Shown piece by piece: positions 9,775-20,651 of a stretch of 21,652 nt of DNA. Positions within the stretch are counted from its first letter, which is position 1; each line of letters begins with the position of its first letter. The notes under the pieces were generated by a model, which was not told the DNA's origin, did no database searches, and worked only from the letters and a program-made list of their open reading frames with translations. The translations under genes and the position numbers were made by a program. The DNA is from Octopus sinensis (taxonomy: Eukaryota), in NCBI RefSeq assembly GCF_006345805.1, contig NW_021823672.1:1-21652 (forward strand), in the 5' to 3' direction.

Positions 9775-12008
9775 TGTTGTTGTTGTTCAGAAGGTAGTTT
9801 CTATTTGCTGCAGGAAGATGTCACTGTTGTTGTTGTTGTTGTTATGGAGATGATGGTGGTGGCGGAGGAGAATGGTGGTGGTAGTGGTGGTGGTTGCGTG
9901 CTTCTGGTCGTAGAGATGATGGTTGTGGTGATGGTGGCGGCGTTGCTGTTGCTTGTGGTGGTGGTGGTGGTTGCGTTGCCGGTGGCTGTGGTAACGATTG
10001 TGGTGGTGGTAGTGGCGGTGGTGGTTGTAGTGGTGGTGAAACATACAATGATGACGATGTCTGTCGTAGTGGTGGTGGTGGTGGTCATGGTGATGGTTGT
10101 GGCGGCGGCGGTGGTGGTGAAACATGGCAATGATGACGATGTCTGTGGTAGTGCTGGTGGTGGCGGCGGTGGTGGTGGTGAAGCACAATGATGACGATGT
10201 CTGTGGTAGTAGTAGTAGTGGTGGTGGTGATGGTGGTGGTGGTGGTGGTGGAGCACAATGATGACGATGTCTGTGGTAGTAGTAGTAGTGGTGGTGGTGA
10301 TGGTGGTGGTGGTGGTGGTGGAGCACAATGATGACGATGTCTGTGGTAGTAGTAGTAGTGGTGGTGGTGATGGTGGTGGTGGTGGTGGTGGTGGAGCACA
10401 ATGATGACGATGTCTGTGGTAGTAGTAGTAGTGGTGGTGGTGATGGTGGTGGTGGTGGTGGTGGAGCACAATGATGACGATGTCTGTGGTAGTGGTGGTG
10501 GTGGTGGTGATGTCAGTGGTAGTGGCAGTGATAGTGGTGGTGGTGGTGGTGGTGGTGGTTGAGGTGGTAGTGGCACACACGATGACGATCGTGGTGTTGG
10601 TGATGATGGCAGTGGTGGCGGTGGCGGTGGCGTGGTGGTTACGAAATCATTTGATGGTTGTAAGAACGATAAGAGACAGTGTCGGTTGCTTTATAAAGAA
10701 CTAAAGAAAAATAACAGTGGTGGCGGTGGGAGTAAAAGCGAAAGTGAAAGTGGCGATGGATATCATTTGATGATTACGATAGTGATGGTAGCGGTAGGAG
10801 GTAAGATACTAGTGATGGAAGGAGTAGTGACAGTCGGGGTGGTGGTGGTAGTGGGAGAGACAATCGTGGTGGTGGTGGTGGTGGTGGTGATGAAAATAGA
10901 CGTAGGGGTGATGGGGATAGGATAGATAATGGTGGTGGTAGGAGTGAAAGTAGTGGTAGTGATGGTGGCGGTAGGAGGTAAGATACTAGTGATGGAAGGA
11001 GTAGTGACAGTCGGGGTGGTGGTGGTAGTAGGAGAGACAATGGTGGTGGTAGTAGGAGAGACAATGGTGGTGGTAGTGGTGGTGGTGATGAAAATAGACG
11101 TAGGGGTGATGGGGATAGGATAGATAATAGTGGTGGTAGGAGTGGTAGGAGTGAAAGTAGTGGTAGTGATGGTGGCGGTAATAGGAGTTAAAGGTGGTGG
11201 TGGTGGTGGTTGTGGTGGTGGGAGTAGTGACAGTAGGTGTAGTGACGGTGACAGGAGAGACAGTCGTGGTGGTGGAAGTAGTGGCGGTAGGTGTAGTGAC
11301 GGTGGCAGGAGAGACAGTCGTGGTGGTGGGAGTAGTGACGGAAGCGATTTGATGATAATGATAATGGTGGGAGTAGTAAACAGTAGGTGATGCGGTGGTA
11401 GTTGGAGGACAGAGCGTGGTGATGGTGGGAGGAGGAGTGACGATAGCGATGGTGGTGGGAGAAGTAACGGTTGGGATCGTGGTGGCGGTGGAGGGAGAAG
11501 TGACAGTAGCGGTAGCGGTGATGCTGGTGGTGGCGGCGCCGGTGGTGCTAGTGGGAGTTGTGGTGGTGGTGGTGGTGGTGGTGACGGCAGTAGAAGGCTG
11601 TGGTAGTCGTGGTGGTGGTGGGAGTGAAAGAAGTGGAAGTAGCGGTGGTGGTGGTGGTGGATGGTGGCGGTAAGAGTTGGATAGGTGAGACCGCGGCTGA
11701 GGAGCGGGGGTGGGTGGAGAGAGGAAAGGAGTTGAATAGTGCGAGAGGGAGGTGGAGAGGGATCTACAGTAAAAGTGAAGATGTCGACGGCGGACATGAT
11801 GGAAGGTGGTGACGAAGGGGATGAATGTTCACGAGGGCGGCGACGGCGGCGGCGCTAGTGAAGATGGTGGTTGTAATAGTGATGATGATGTTGATGATGG
11901 TGATGATATTGGTGGTGGTGTTGATAATGATGATGGTGTTAGAAGTGATGGTGATAGCGGTGGACGTGGTGGTGATGGCGGTGTAAGCGACGGTAGTGAT
12001 GGTGATGT

Positions 12009-12042
<34 letters not shown>

Positions 12043-12152
12043 GGTGATGATGATGATGATGGTGGTGATGATGATAGTGATAGTGGACGTGGTGGTGATG
12101 GCGGTGTAAGAGACGGTAGTGATGGTGATGTTGATGATAATGATGGTGGTGG

Positions 12153-12201
<49 letters not shown>

Positions 12202-12298
12202 GGTGATGGTGATAGTGGACGTGGTGGTGAAGGCGGTGTAAGAGACGGTAGTGATGTGATGTTGATGATAATGATGGTGATGATGGTGGTGGTGATGA

Positions 12299-12332
<34 letters not shown>

Positions 12333-12560
12333 GATGGTGATAGTGGACGTGGAGGTGAAGGCGGTGTAAGAGACGGTAGTGATGGTGATGATGATGATGA
12401 TGGTGATGGTGGCGGTAATGGTGTTAGAAGTGACGGTGGCGGTGGACGTGGTGGTAGTGATGGTGGGTAGGGTAGGTGTGGTGATAAATGTCGATACATG
12501 TTGAAAGGTGATTGGGTGGTGATGGTGATGGTGATGGTGGAGGAGAGATTAAAGCTGGAG
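9775..12560. repeat. G-rich (GGT)/(GAT)/(GTT) low-complexity tract containing three minisatellite families
   Basis: ~70-bp units (CAATGATGACGATGTCTGT at 10046, 10128, 10186, 10256, 10326, 10399, 10469); ~180-bp unit duplicated at ~10790-11170; 99-132-bp units (GGACGTGG at 11962, 12085, 12217, 12345, 12444). Confidence 0.92.
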
Positions 12561-12824
12561 CTGGCGTCGGCGGCTGCGATGGCGATGGCGATGCTCTTTA
12601 TAAACTTTCTATCGTCTCCCCTACAACACTTTAAGACGTCCCGTGTCACTTGTTACAGCAGCTCTGATTTATTTCTTGTCACTTCTCTTGTTGTTATTGT
12701 TGTTACTGTTGTTGTTACTGTTGTTTTTGTTGCTGTTGTTGTTGTTCTTGATGTGGTGTTTTCCGTTGGGGGACATCCCTTACTGTCGAAAAATCAGGTA
12801 AACGAAACGTATTTATCTATCAAT

Positions 12825-13163
12825 GAGATACCCTATCTACTTACATACATACATACATACATACATGTTCGTGTGCGCGTGTGTGTATCTGTCTATCCAA
12901 TCTATCAATGGTTCTGCCTATCTATCAGTCTGTCTGTCCGTTTATCTATGTATGTATTTATCTATCTATCTATCTATCTATCTATCCGACCATCCATCCA
13001 ACCAACCATCCATCCATCTATCTGTCTATCTCCCTATTATGTCTGTGACCATCCAACCATCCATCCATCCATCCATCCATCCATCCATCCATCCACCCAT
13101 TCATCCATCTATTTATTTGTCTGTATATCTATCCATCCATCCATCCATCAATCTATCCATCTA
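12825..13163. repeat. (ACAT)/(TCTA)/(TCCA)n microsatellite
   Basis: Direct reading. Confidence 0.9.
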
Positions 13164-13327
13164 TTTTTCTTTTCTTTTGTTTCTTTTCCTTTTTTTTTCT
13201 TTTTTCCCTTTTACGATCCCTTTTGATCGAAAACCTACGCCACTTCTTTTTTTTATCCCCCAAAAGAAAAGCTCTACCTTGTAATTTGTCCTATCTGTGT
13301 ACAGCCCTGTGTGGCCAATAAAGAAAC

Positions 13328-13328
<1 letters not shown>
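13164..13328 (+). mobile_element. Severely 5'-truncated Tx1-like element (3' UTR only)
   Basis: Aligns to the 3' UTR at ~16340-16502: CGATCCCTTTTGATCG, AAAAGAAAAGCTCT, CAGCCCTGTGTGGC-AATAAA-GAAA, then directly (TATC)n. Confidence 0.85.
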
Positions 13329-13403
<75 letters not shown>

Positions 13404-13517
13404 ATCTATCTATTCATCCATCTCTCTCTCTCTATCTATCTATCGATCCATCTATCTACCTTTCCAACAATCTACCTTATCCAACTATCTATCTATCTAT
13501 CTATATATCTATCTATC

Positions 13518-13566
<49 letters not shown>

Positions 13567-13577
13567 CCTATCTATCT
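13329..13577. repeat. (TATC)n array, left flank of the LINE
   Basis: Direct reading; includes the distinctive interruption GATCCATCTATCTACCTTTCCAACAATCTACCTTATCCAAC. Confidence 0.95.
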
Positions 13578-16194
13578 AAGAGAGCTTTAACGGGTACCAT
13601 CATCAACAACAGATGGTGGTATGCCCTAAAAAAAGCGATTAAAGCAGAATCAGTCAGATACAGTAGAGCCCTAGCATTAGACCGAAATAGAGTAGAGGGA
13701 GAATTAGTTAAGGTTTTAGAAGAGGCACTTAGAACTGGCATCGCGTCCAACGTACTGGCGGCGAGATTGGCCCTCGACCACACCTCAACGCCAAACACGA
13801 GGGATGCGTTGTCAGAGCTAGGATGCGTGCTCTGAGGAACGAAGGAGTTGGAGCCGCCCAGAGGCCCGAGTGGTGGAGACGCAACGAGGCAACAGAGCCA
13901 CCATCAAGTCTCTTATAGATGAACAGGGGCGCGAATTGCTCGAGCCTAAAAGGATGTGTGGGGTTTTCAACAACACTCACCCAACTGTTTGGGACAAGTG
14001 GTGAGTCAGAAAGCAGAGTGGACTTTAGTGCCTACCTGCATGCCTTGCCACGACTCTCAGCAAGGGAGGTGGAGTCTTGTGAAAAGCCTATCACAGCTGC
14101 GGACGTACAGGATGCGATGGTAGGCTGCGCGAGAGACAAGTCACCAGGCTTGGATGGTCTGCCCTACGAATTTTATTTTCATATGCCAGACTTGTTTGGA
14201 GGCGTCTTGGCAGCTGTCTACTGCAACTGGCAGCAGAACGGGAGTATTCCTGCTTTTGTAAAGCGAGGAGCAGTGGCACTGATCAAGAAAGACCCAAACC
14301 AGGGGACGTCATAGATAATTTCAGGCCCATCACTCTGCTCAACGCAGATTTGAAAATTTTGGCCAAGGTGTTAGCCGAGAGGTTGGCGCTTGTCATCAAG
14401 AAACTAATCGACAAGGCGCAAACATGCGCCGTGCCGGGTAGAAGTATTCATGACAACCTCCATCTGATGCGCTACATCATAGACAGGGTAGTTAAAAATC
14501 CTGGCATGGTGGGGCGCTGATCAATTTGGATCAATCAAAAGCCTTCGATAGGGTAGACCATCACTACTTGGAGGCTGTCCTCAAAGCGGCTGGTTTCGGT
14601 CCAGTTTCCGCGGTTGGATCGCTGCCTTATACAGCGGCATCCGCTCAGTAGTTCGCGTAAATGGTCATCTATCCAGACCTTTTAACATCATGCGTTCGGT
14701 TCGTCAGGGATGCCCCCTCTCATCGCTGCTGTATGTACTGACTCTTGAGCCACTACTGCGGAAACTGGCGACGCTGAGGGGCATCCCACGAGAGCTGGGA
14801 TGCGGGAGGAGCGTGTCTGCATACGCGGATGACGTCACCGTCATAGTGTCGAGCTACGAGCACATCGAGCTGGTCGGCGAGACACTGAAAGAATACGAAG
14901 CGGTAACGGGAGCAAAAATTAACCGGGAAAAGTCAGTGGGCTTGCGGCTCGGCACCTGGAGAAGCAAGCCCATGCCGTCCAACAGCGTCTCCATCGTGGG
15001 ACGCTGGACGGACGGACCGGTTTAATTGCTCGGGGTCTGGTTCGGTCCGGACCTCCAAATGGAGAAGAACTGGGGCGAGATAACGACTAGGGTGGCTACT
15101 CTCACCCAGAAATGGACTGAGAAAGCTATCCCTAAAAGGTCGGGCGGAGGTGGCGAACGCGTACATCGCATCCGTCATCGAGTACCGTCTGACCGTCGTG
15201 CCTTGTCCCGACCCTACCATCACCAAACTGGAACGCATACTCTTCCGCTTCTTGTGGAAGGAAACGTTCCGATGGTTAGGCGATCCATTGCTGCCAACAC
15301 CCGCTAAATGGAGGGCTGGGCATGCCGTGGTTGATGATGCGCAGACATGCGCTGAGACTGCGACATCTCCGGCGCTTCATAGACAACGGTGAACAGGGGT
15401 GGTCGCCTTTTGTGCGGCGCGCTTTCCCGCAGCTCGTCTCCTTGGACGAACTACAGTCATGGATCAAGCAGAGACCGAGGCTAGGCGAATGGCACCGTGA
15501 GTGTCGCGTTGCTCTCAAGCAACTCTGCGTCCGGATCGAACTTGTGCGACTCCATCACAACAAAGGCATTCTATAGAGGATTAGTGGAGGGGAGGTGCGA
15601 CGACGAACTCGGCAGAGTCTGGGCGTCGACGAGGAACACCTGACCCGCCTGTTCAGGACAACTTTCGGGCCGGGACCTATGAACAATCACCAAAGATCCC
15701 TGGCCTGGCAGTGCTATCGAGAAGCATTACCTGTTCGGGATAAGCTCTACAGACACGGTTCCAGACACACTGGACCGACTTGCCGAGATGCGGTCAGAGC
15801 GACGAAACCGTTCTGCACGCACTCGTGCAATGTCCAACCATTTCCGACCTGTGGGCTTATGCCGAACGGCTGCTGTCACGTGTGGGACGAATCCGCCTAT
15901 CGGCCGAGTCTATCGTGAGAATTGCTCCGCCCCCTTCCCTCAACCGGAAGGCAAGGCAGTTTTCATCGTACTGGTGCCATGGTGAAGAATGTGTGTGGTG
16001 GACTCGAGCGAAAGGATTAGAGACAAACACTTACCTCTCTGGCCATCGCTCATCAACTTTTTCAAGTACCACTTGAAAAGGAAGGTGAGAATGGGAGGGA
16101 AGTTTTGTCTCGCGAAAGATTCAAAAAAATATGGGTGAATGTTGCAAAGATGGTGCGTGCTAGTAACGAAACCATTTTGAGCATGATCCTGTAG
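13578..16194 (+). pseudogene. ORF2 (reverse transcriptase + zf-RVT), frameshifted as assembled
   Basis: KSPGLDGLPYEFY; NFRPITLLNADLKILAK; LDQSKAFDRVDH; SVRQGCPLSSLLY; SAYADDV; KINREKS; LLGVWF; CPRCGQSDETVLHALVQCP; stop TAG at 16192-16194. Confidence 0.93.
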
Positions 16195-16502
16195 ATCGTA
16201 AAAAAGAAAAAAAGAGAGCATTTTTGACCTCATGTGTTTATTTCCTCCCTGACTGGGGTTCCCGTGGTCTTTTCTGTAGGCTTTTCTTCCCACGGATGAA
16301 CCCATCTTGTTTTATATCAATGTTTACACCATTATTTCTGTGATACACGATTTTTTTTTTTTCCTTTTTTTTTTTTCTCCTCTCGATCCCTTTTGATCGC
16401 AATCTTACATTTTTTTTATTTTTTTCCACCCTCGAAAAGAAAAGCTCTGCATTTGTATTTGTCCCCTCTGTATTCAGCCCTGTGTGGCTAATAAAAGAAA
16501 GT
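13578..16502 (+). mobile_element. 5'-truncated non-LTR retrotransposon, L1/Tx1 group
   Basis: ORF2 starts just after the endonuclease domain; RT motifs and C-terminal zinc knuckle present; T-rich 3' UTR, AATAAA at 16490-16495, no poly(A), joins (TATC)n directly. Confidence 0.93.
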
Positions 16503-16558
16503 TATCTATCTATCTATCGATCCATCTATCTACCTTTCCAACAATCTACCTTATCCAA

Positions 16559-16629
<71 letters not shown>

Positions 16630-16707
16630 CCTTATCCAATTATCTATCTCTATCTATCTATCTATCTACCTATCCGTCTGTCTGTGTATCTATCTATCTG
16701 TATCCAA

Positions 16708-16776
<69 letters not shown>

Positions 16777-16908
16777 CATTTATCTATCTATCTATCTCCC
16801 TAACTATCTACCTGTCCAACTATCTATCTATCTATCCAGTTACCTATCCATCTATCTATCGATCTGTCTATCTGCCTATCCAACTATCTATCCATCTATC
16901 TATCTATT
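16503..16908. repeat. (TATC)n array, right flank of the LINE
   Basis: Direct reading; begins with a copy of 13431-13504. Confidence 0.95.
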
Positions 16909-16915
16909 TCGAGAC

Positions 16916-17466
16916 CAGCAGTTTTCAACCATTTTTTGCCTATTGACACCCTTTCGTTCCTGCTTTACTCGGAGGAACACCCATAGACATTCGAGGTTTA
17001 AAAAATACTTTTAGAACTAATTGTATTTAAAAAATTGTAAAAAATACTTTGTATATTATCGAAACATAACCAGAAAATATAAATCAGGAATCTAGCAACA
17101 CAAATTCATAAACGTAAAGAAATATAACCATTTTACTGCACATAAGAATTTGGCTTTTAAAAAATACGAACTGGGATCGATTTTGTCCGAATCTATCCTT
17201 TTATAGGTGCAAGACCAACCCAAAGATCTTGTAGTTGGTCAGTTATATCGACCGCATTACTTAATTTGATGGTATTTATATTATCGACCCCGGAAAGATA
17301 TATAAGGCACAATGTGTATGTACCTCAACAGAATTTGAACTCAGACCATTTAGACGGACAAAATGCCGTTAAGCAATTTTTGACCGGCGTGCTAACGATT
17401 CTGCCAGCGCGCCTCTTTTGATATTCTGCTCTAAAGAATAGCATATACAGGGTTGAAAAAACCCTA
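16916..17466. mobile_element. Possible hAT (Charlie-like) non-autonomous element with a SINE inside
   Basis: Left CAGCAGTTTTCAACCATTTTTTG and right GGTTGAAAAAACCCT resemble CAGGGGTTCTCAACC-type TIRs; AT-rich interior; no clear 8-bp TSD. Confidence 0.4.
17240..17414 (-). mobile_element. Diverged SINE (family B-related)
   Basis: TATCGACCCCGGAAAGAT...GAATTTGAACTCAGA...CCGGCGTGCTAACGATTCTGCCAGC matches the family B minus-strand copies. Confidence 0.8.
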
Positions 17467-17475
17467 AGGTCGTCT

Positions 17476-18335
17476 ATGTGTACGTGTGTGTGTGTATCTG
17501 TGTGTGTGTGTATCTGTGTGTGTGTCTGTCTGTATATGTGTGTCTGTCTGTATGTGTGTGTGTGTCTGTCTGTGTGCGTGTGTGTGTGTGTGTCTATCTG
17601 TGTGCGTGTGTGTGTGTGTGTCTAATCTGTCTGTGTGTGTGTGTGTGTTTGTCTGTCTGTGTGTGTGTGTGTCTGTCTGTCTGCGTTTATGTGTGTTTAT
17701 GTTTCTGTGTGTATGTGTGTGTGTCTATCTGTCTGTGTGCGTGTGTGTATGTGTGTCTATCTGTGTGCGTGTGTGTGTGTGTCTAATCTGTCTGTGTGTG
17801 TGTGTGTGTTTGTCTGTCTGTCTGTGTGTGTGTCTGTCTGTCTGCGTTTATGTGTGTTTATGTTTCTGTGTGTATGTGCGTGTGTCTATCTGTGTGTGTG
17901 TGTGTGTGTGTTTGTCTTTCTGTATGTGTGTCTGTCTGTCTGTGTATGTGTGTGTGTGTGTGTGTTTATGTTTCTGTGTGTATGTGTGTGCGTGTGTATA
18001 TGCGTGAGTTTATGTGTGTGTTCATGTTAGTGTGCTTCTGTGTGTGTGTGTTCATGTGGTTGTGCGTGTGTGTTTGTGTTCATGTGTTTATGTGTGTATG
18101 TGTCTATATCTGTGCATTTGTGTGTTTATGTCTCTGTGTGTATGTGTGTGTGTCTATCTGTCTGTGTGTGTGTGTGTTTGTGCATCTGTATGTTTATGTC
18201 TGTGTGGGTGAGTTTATGTGTGTGTGTGTGTATATGTGTGCTTTTATATTTATGTTTGTGTGTGCATATGCGCACGTGTGTGTATGTGTTTATATGTGCG
18301 TATATGTGTGTGTGTGTTTATGCGTATATGTGTGT
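17476..18335. repeat. (TG)/(TCTG)/(TATG) compound microsatellite with an internal ~161-bp duplication
   Basis: GTGTCTAATCTGTCTG...GCGTTTATGTGTGTTTATGTTTCTG occurs at ~17619 and ~17780. Confidence 0.92.
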
Positions 18336-18375
18336 CTCTCCGTCCGTGAAGTAATTTGTTATATTACGAAACTAG

Positions 18376-18765
18376 AAGGTAACCAGTTGGCCGAATCGTT
18401 AGCAGGTCTGGCAAAATGCTTAGCGGCCCTACGTTCCTATTTTACATTTTGAGTTCAAATTCCGCCTAGGTCGACTTTGCCTTTAATCCTTTTGGGGATA
18501 CCAATTGATATACCTATTTCTTTATTACCCACAAGGGGCTAAACACAGAGGGGACAAACAAGGACAGACATAGGTATTAATTCGATTACATCGACCCAGT
18601 GCGTAACTGGTACTTAATTTATCGACCCCGAAAGGACGAAAGGCAAAGTTGACCTCGGCGGAATTTGAACTCGCAACGTAACGGCAGACGAAATACCGCT
18701 GAGCATTTCGCCCGGTGTGCTAACGTTTCTACCAATTGATATATCAATATACCAATTGAGTACTA
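18376..18765 (+). mobile_element. Older family B-related SINE, interrupted by a younger copy
   Basis: TGGCCGAATCGTTAGCA...AAATGCTTAGCGG...GAGTTCAAATTCCGCCTAGGTCGACTTTGCCTTT...TTTGGGG, resuming with ...ACCAATTGAGTACT after the insert. Confidence 0.75.
18513..18729 (-). mobile_element. SINE (family B) with 14-bp TSD
   Basis: Flanked by TACCAATTGATATA at 18499-18512 and 18730-18743. Confidence 0.9.
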
Positions 18766-18937
18766 TATATAGTACTAACCGAGTTAGTAAAAGTTTTTAT
18801 TTTCATTTCACTAAATTTATCAAGCTTCTGTGTATCTAGTACATACTTCGCCTTTAATGTACTTATATATGAATAATATATGGCCTGTGCTAGAAACACC
18901 AGCGATAATAATTAATTTTATTTTATCGCATTCTGAC

Positions 18938-18979
<42 letters not shown>

Positions 18980-19103
18980 AATGAGATAGGGGTTGTAAAT
19001 TCAACCCTCCATGGGATAACATATATCCAATATACTGCTAGAGAAGTACCCAACAAAGCTAATACATAATGTTCTCATTTTGTATATATATATATATATA
19101 TAA

Positions 19104-19145
<42 letters not shown>

Positions 19146-19169
19146 CTATATATATGTAATATATATATC

Positions 19170-19412
19170 GTACGACAGGCACCCATGCCAACCCCCTTTG
19201 CTTGTGAATTCATGTTGGGGCAAGCGAAATCGAAATCGAATTGAACCAGCCAGGATCCCTGGTCTGGTGGTACGTAAAAAGCACTATCCGACTCGTGGCG
19301 TGGCACGTAAAATACTCCAATGCAGCCTCTGGCTTCCAGATCCCCGGTCGAACTGTCCAACCCATGCTAGCAGGAGAACGGACTTTAAACGATGATGATG
19401 ATGATGATGATG
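19170..19412 (+). mobile_element. 3' part of a SINE with a (GAT)n tail
   Basis: GGCACGTAAAA...TCCAACCCATGCTAGCAGGAGAACGGACTTTAAACGATGATGATG, a typical LINE-derived 3' end with simple-repeat tail. Confidence 0.7.
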
Positions 19413-19688
<276 letters not shown>

Positions 19689-19722
19689 GGATCTGTATGC
19701 TATCTAACAGCCCCGTTTCTAG

Positions 19723-19756
19723 GTTAGGCTCAAAACTTTTCATACAGCCCCTCGTA
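19723..19756 (-). mobile_element. Isolated mariner-type terminal inverted repeat
   Basis: Reverse complement reads TA-CGAGGGGCTGTATGAAAAGTTTTGAGCCTAAC, resembling CGAGGG...AAAAGT mariner ends; no partner TIR in the window. Confidence 0.5.
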
Positions 19757-20248
19757 CGAGCTACGTATGTTTGTATGTAAGGACAGATGTATATAAGTGT
19801 GAATATGCTGCTCTAAATACTCAGAGGGCAACAGTCTGGAAAGCCTTTTCAACTTTTATAGATTATCTTGCTCTGCTTTTGGTAGTCGAGTACTTATTTT
19901 CCTACATGGATGTATGTATGCGCATGTGTGTGAGAGAAAGTGCTTGTTTATCAGTTATGGGATGGATTAAACATGCACACTGCAATATGGAGCAATCTTT
20001 TTTATACCATTCTATGTAAAATACGCGTAGCTGATTAAATCGTAAATGAATCTTCTTTCCTTGTGTTTTTCTGATATACAGTGTGATCGATGTACTGAAT
20101 GTGTTCGGTGTTAAGACTTCTGATTTACAAATTGGTCATGATGCAGAAAGTGAAATAAATACTTACGGGGCTCACTGTGGCCTTAACTAAGCAGTTTAGC
20201 CTGGTTTGCTCTCTACAGAGTACTTAGAGAGGTACTCACCTGGATTCA

Positions 20249-20284
<36 letters not shown>

Positions 20285-20651
20285 AGATAAATATTTCATT
20301 TAACCTAAAGATTCACTGTAACCATAACTCGAATTATTACGAATTGTACAGCCATGAAACAATCGTAGTGTTTTACTCTTTATCTTTATTCAACTTTTAA
20401 TACTTTTGATATATATTTAAAATAATTAAATTAATTAATTTCATGTATTGGCTTATGTTTATCATGGTTTGATTTGCCTAATTGTGGTTTTCTCTAATAA
20501 TATAATATAATATAATATATTTATAACTATAAAATGGATTTAATCCTAAATCTGATTTTTCCCTGTAAGTTTGGATTTATTCCCTAATATTTTATTATTA
20601 AGTATATCTATATATATATAATATATATATATATATATTATATATATATAT

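Noticed and set aside
9787-11797. Long His/Thr/Pro-rich and Val/Gly-rich ORFs (up to 344 aa)
   Set aside because: Translations of (GGT)/(CAC) repeats; open on both strands and repeat units shift frame.
17478-18452. Cys/Val-rich ORFs; likewise YI/IY, LSIY and HT ORFs elsewhere
   Set aside because: Pure microsatellite translations.
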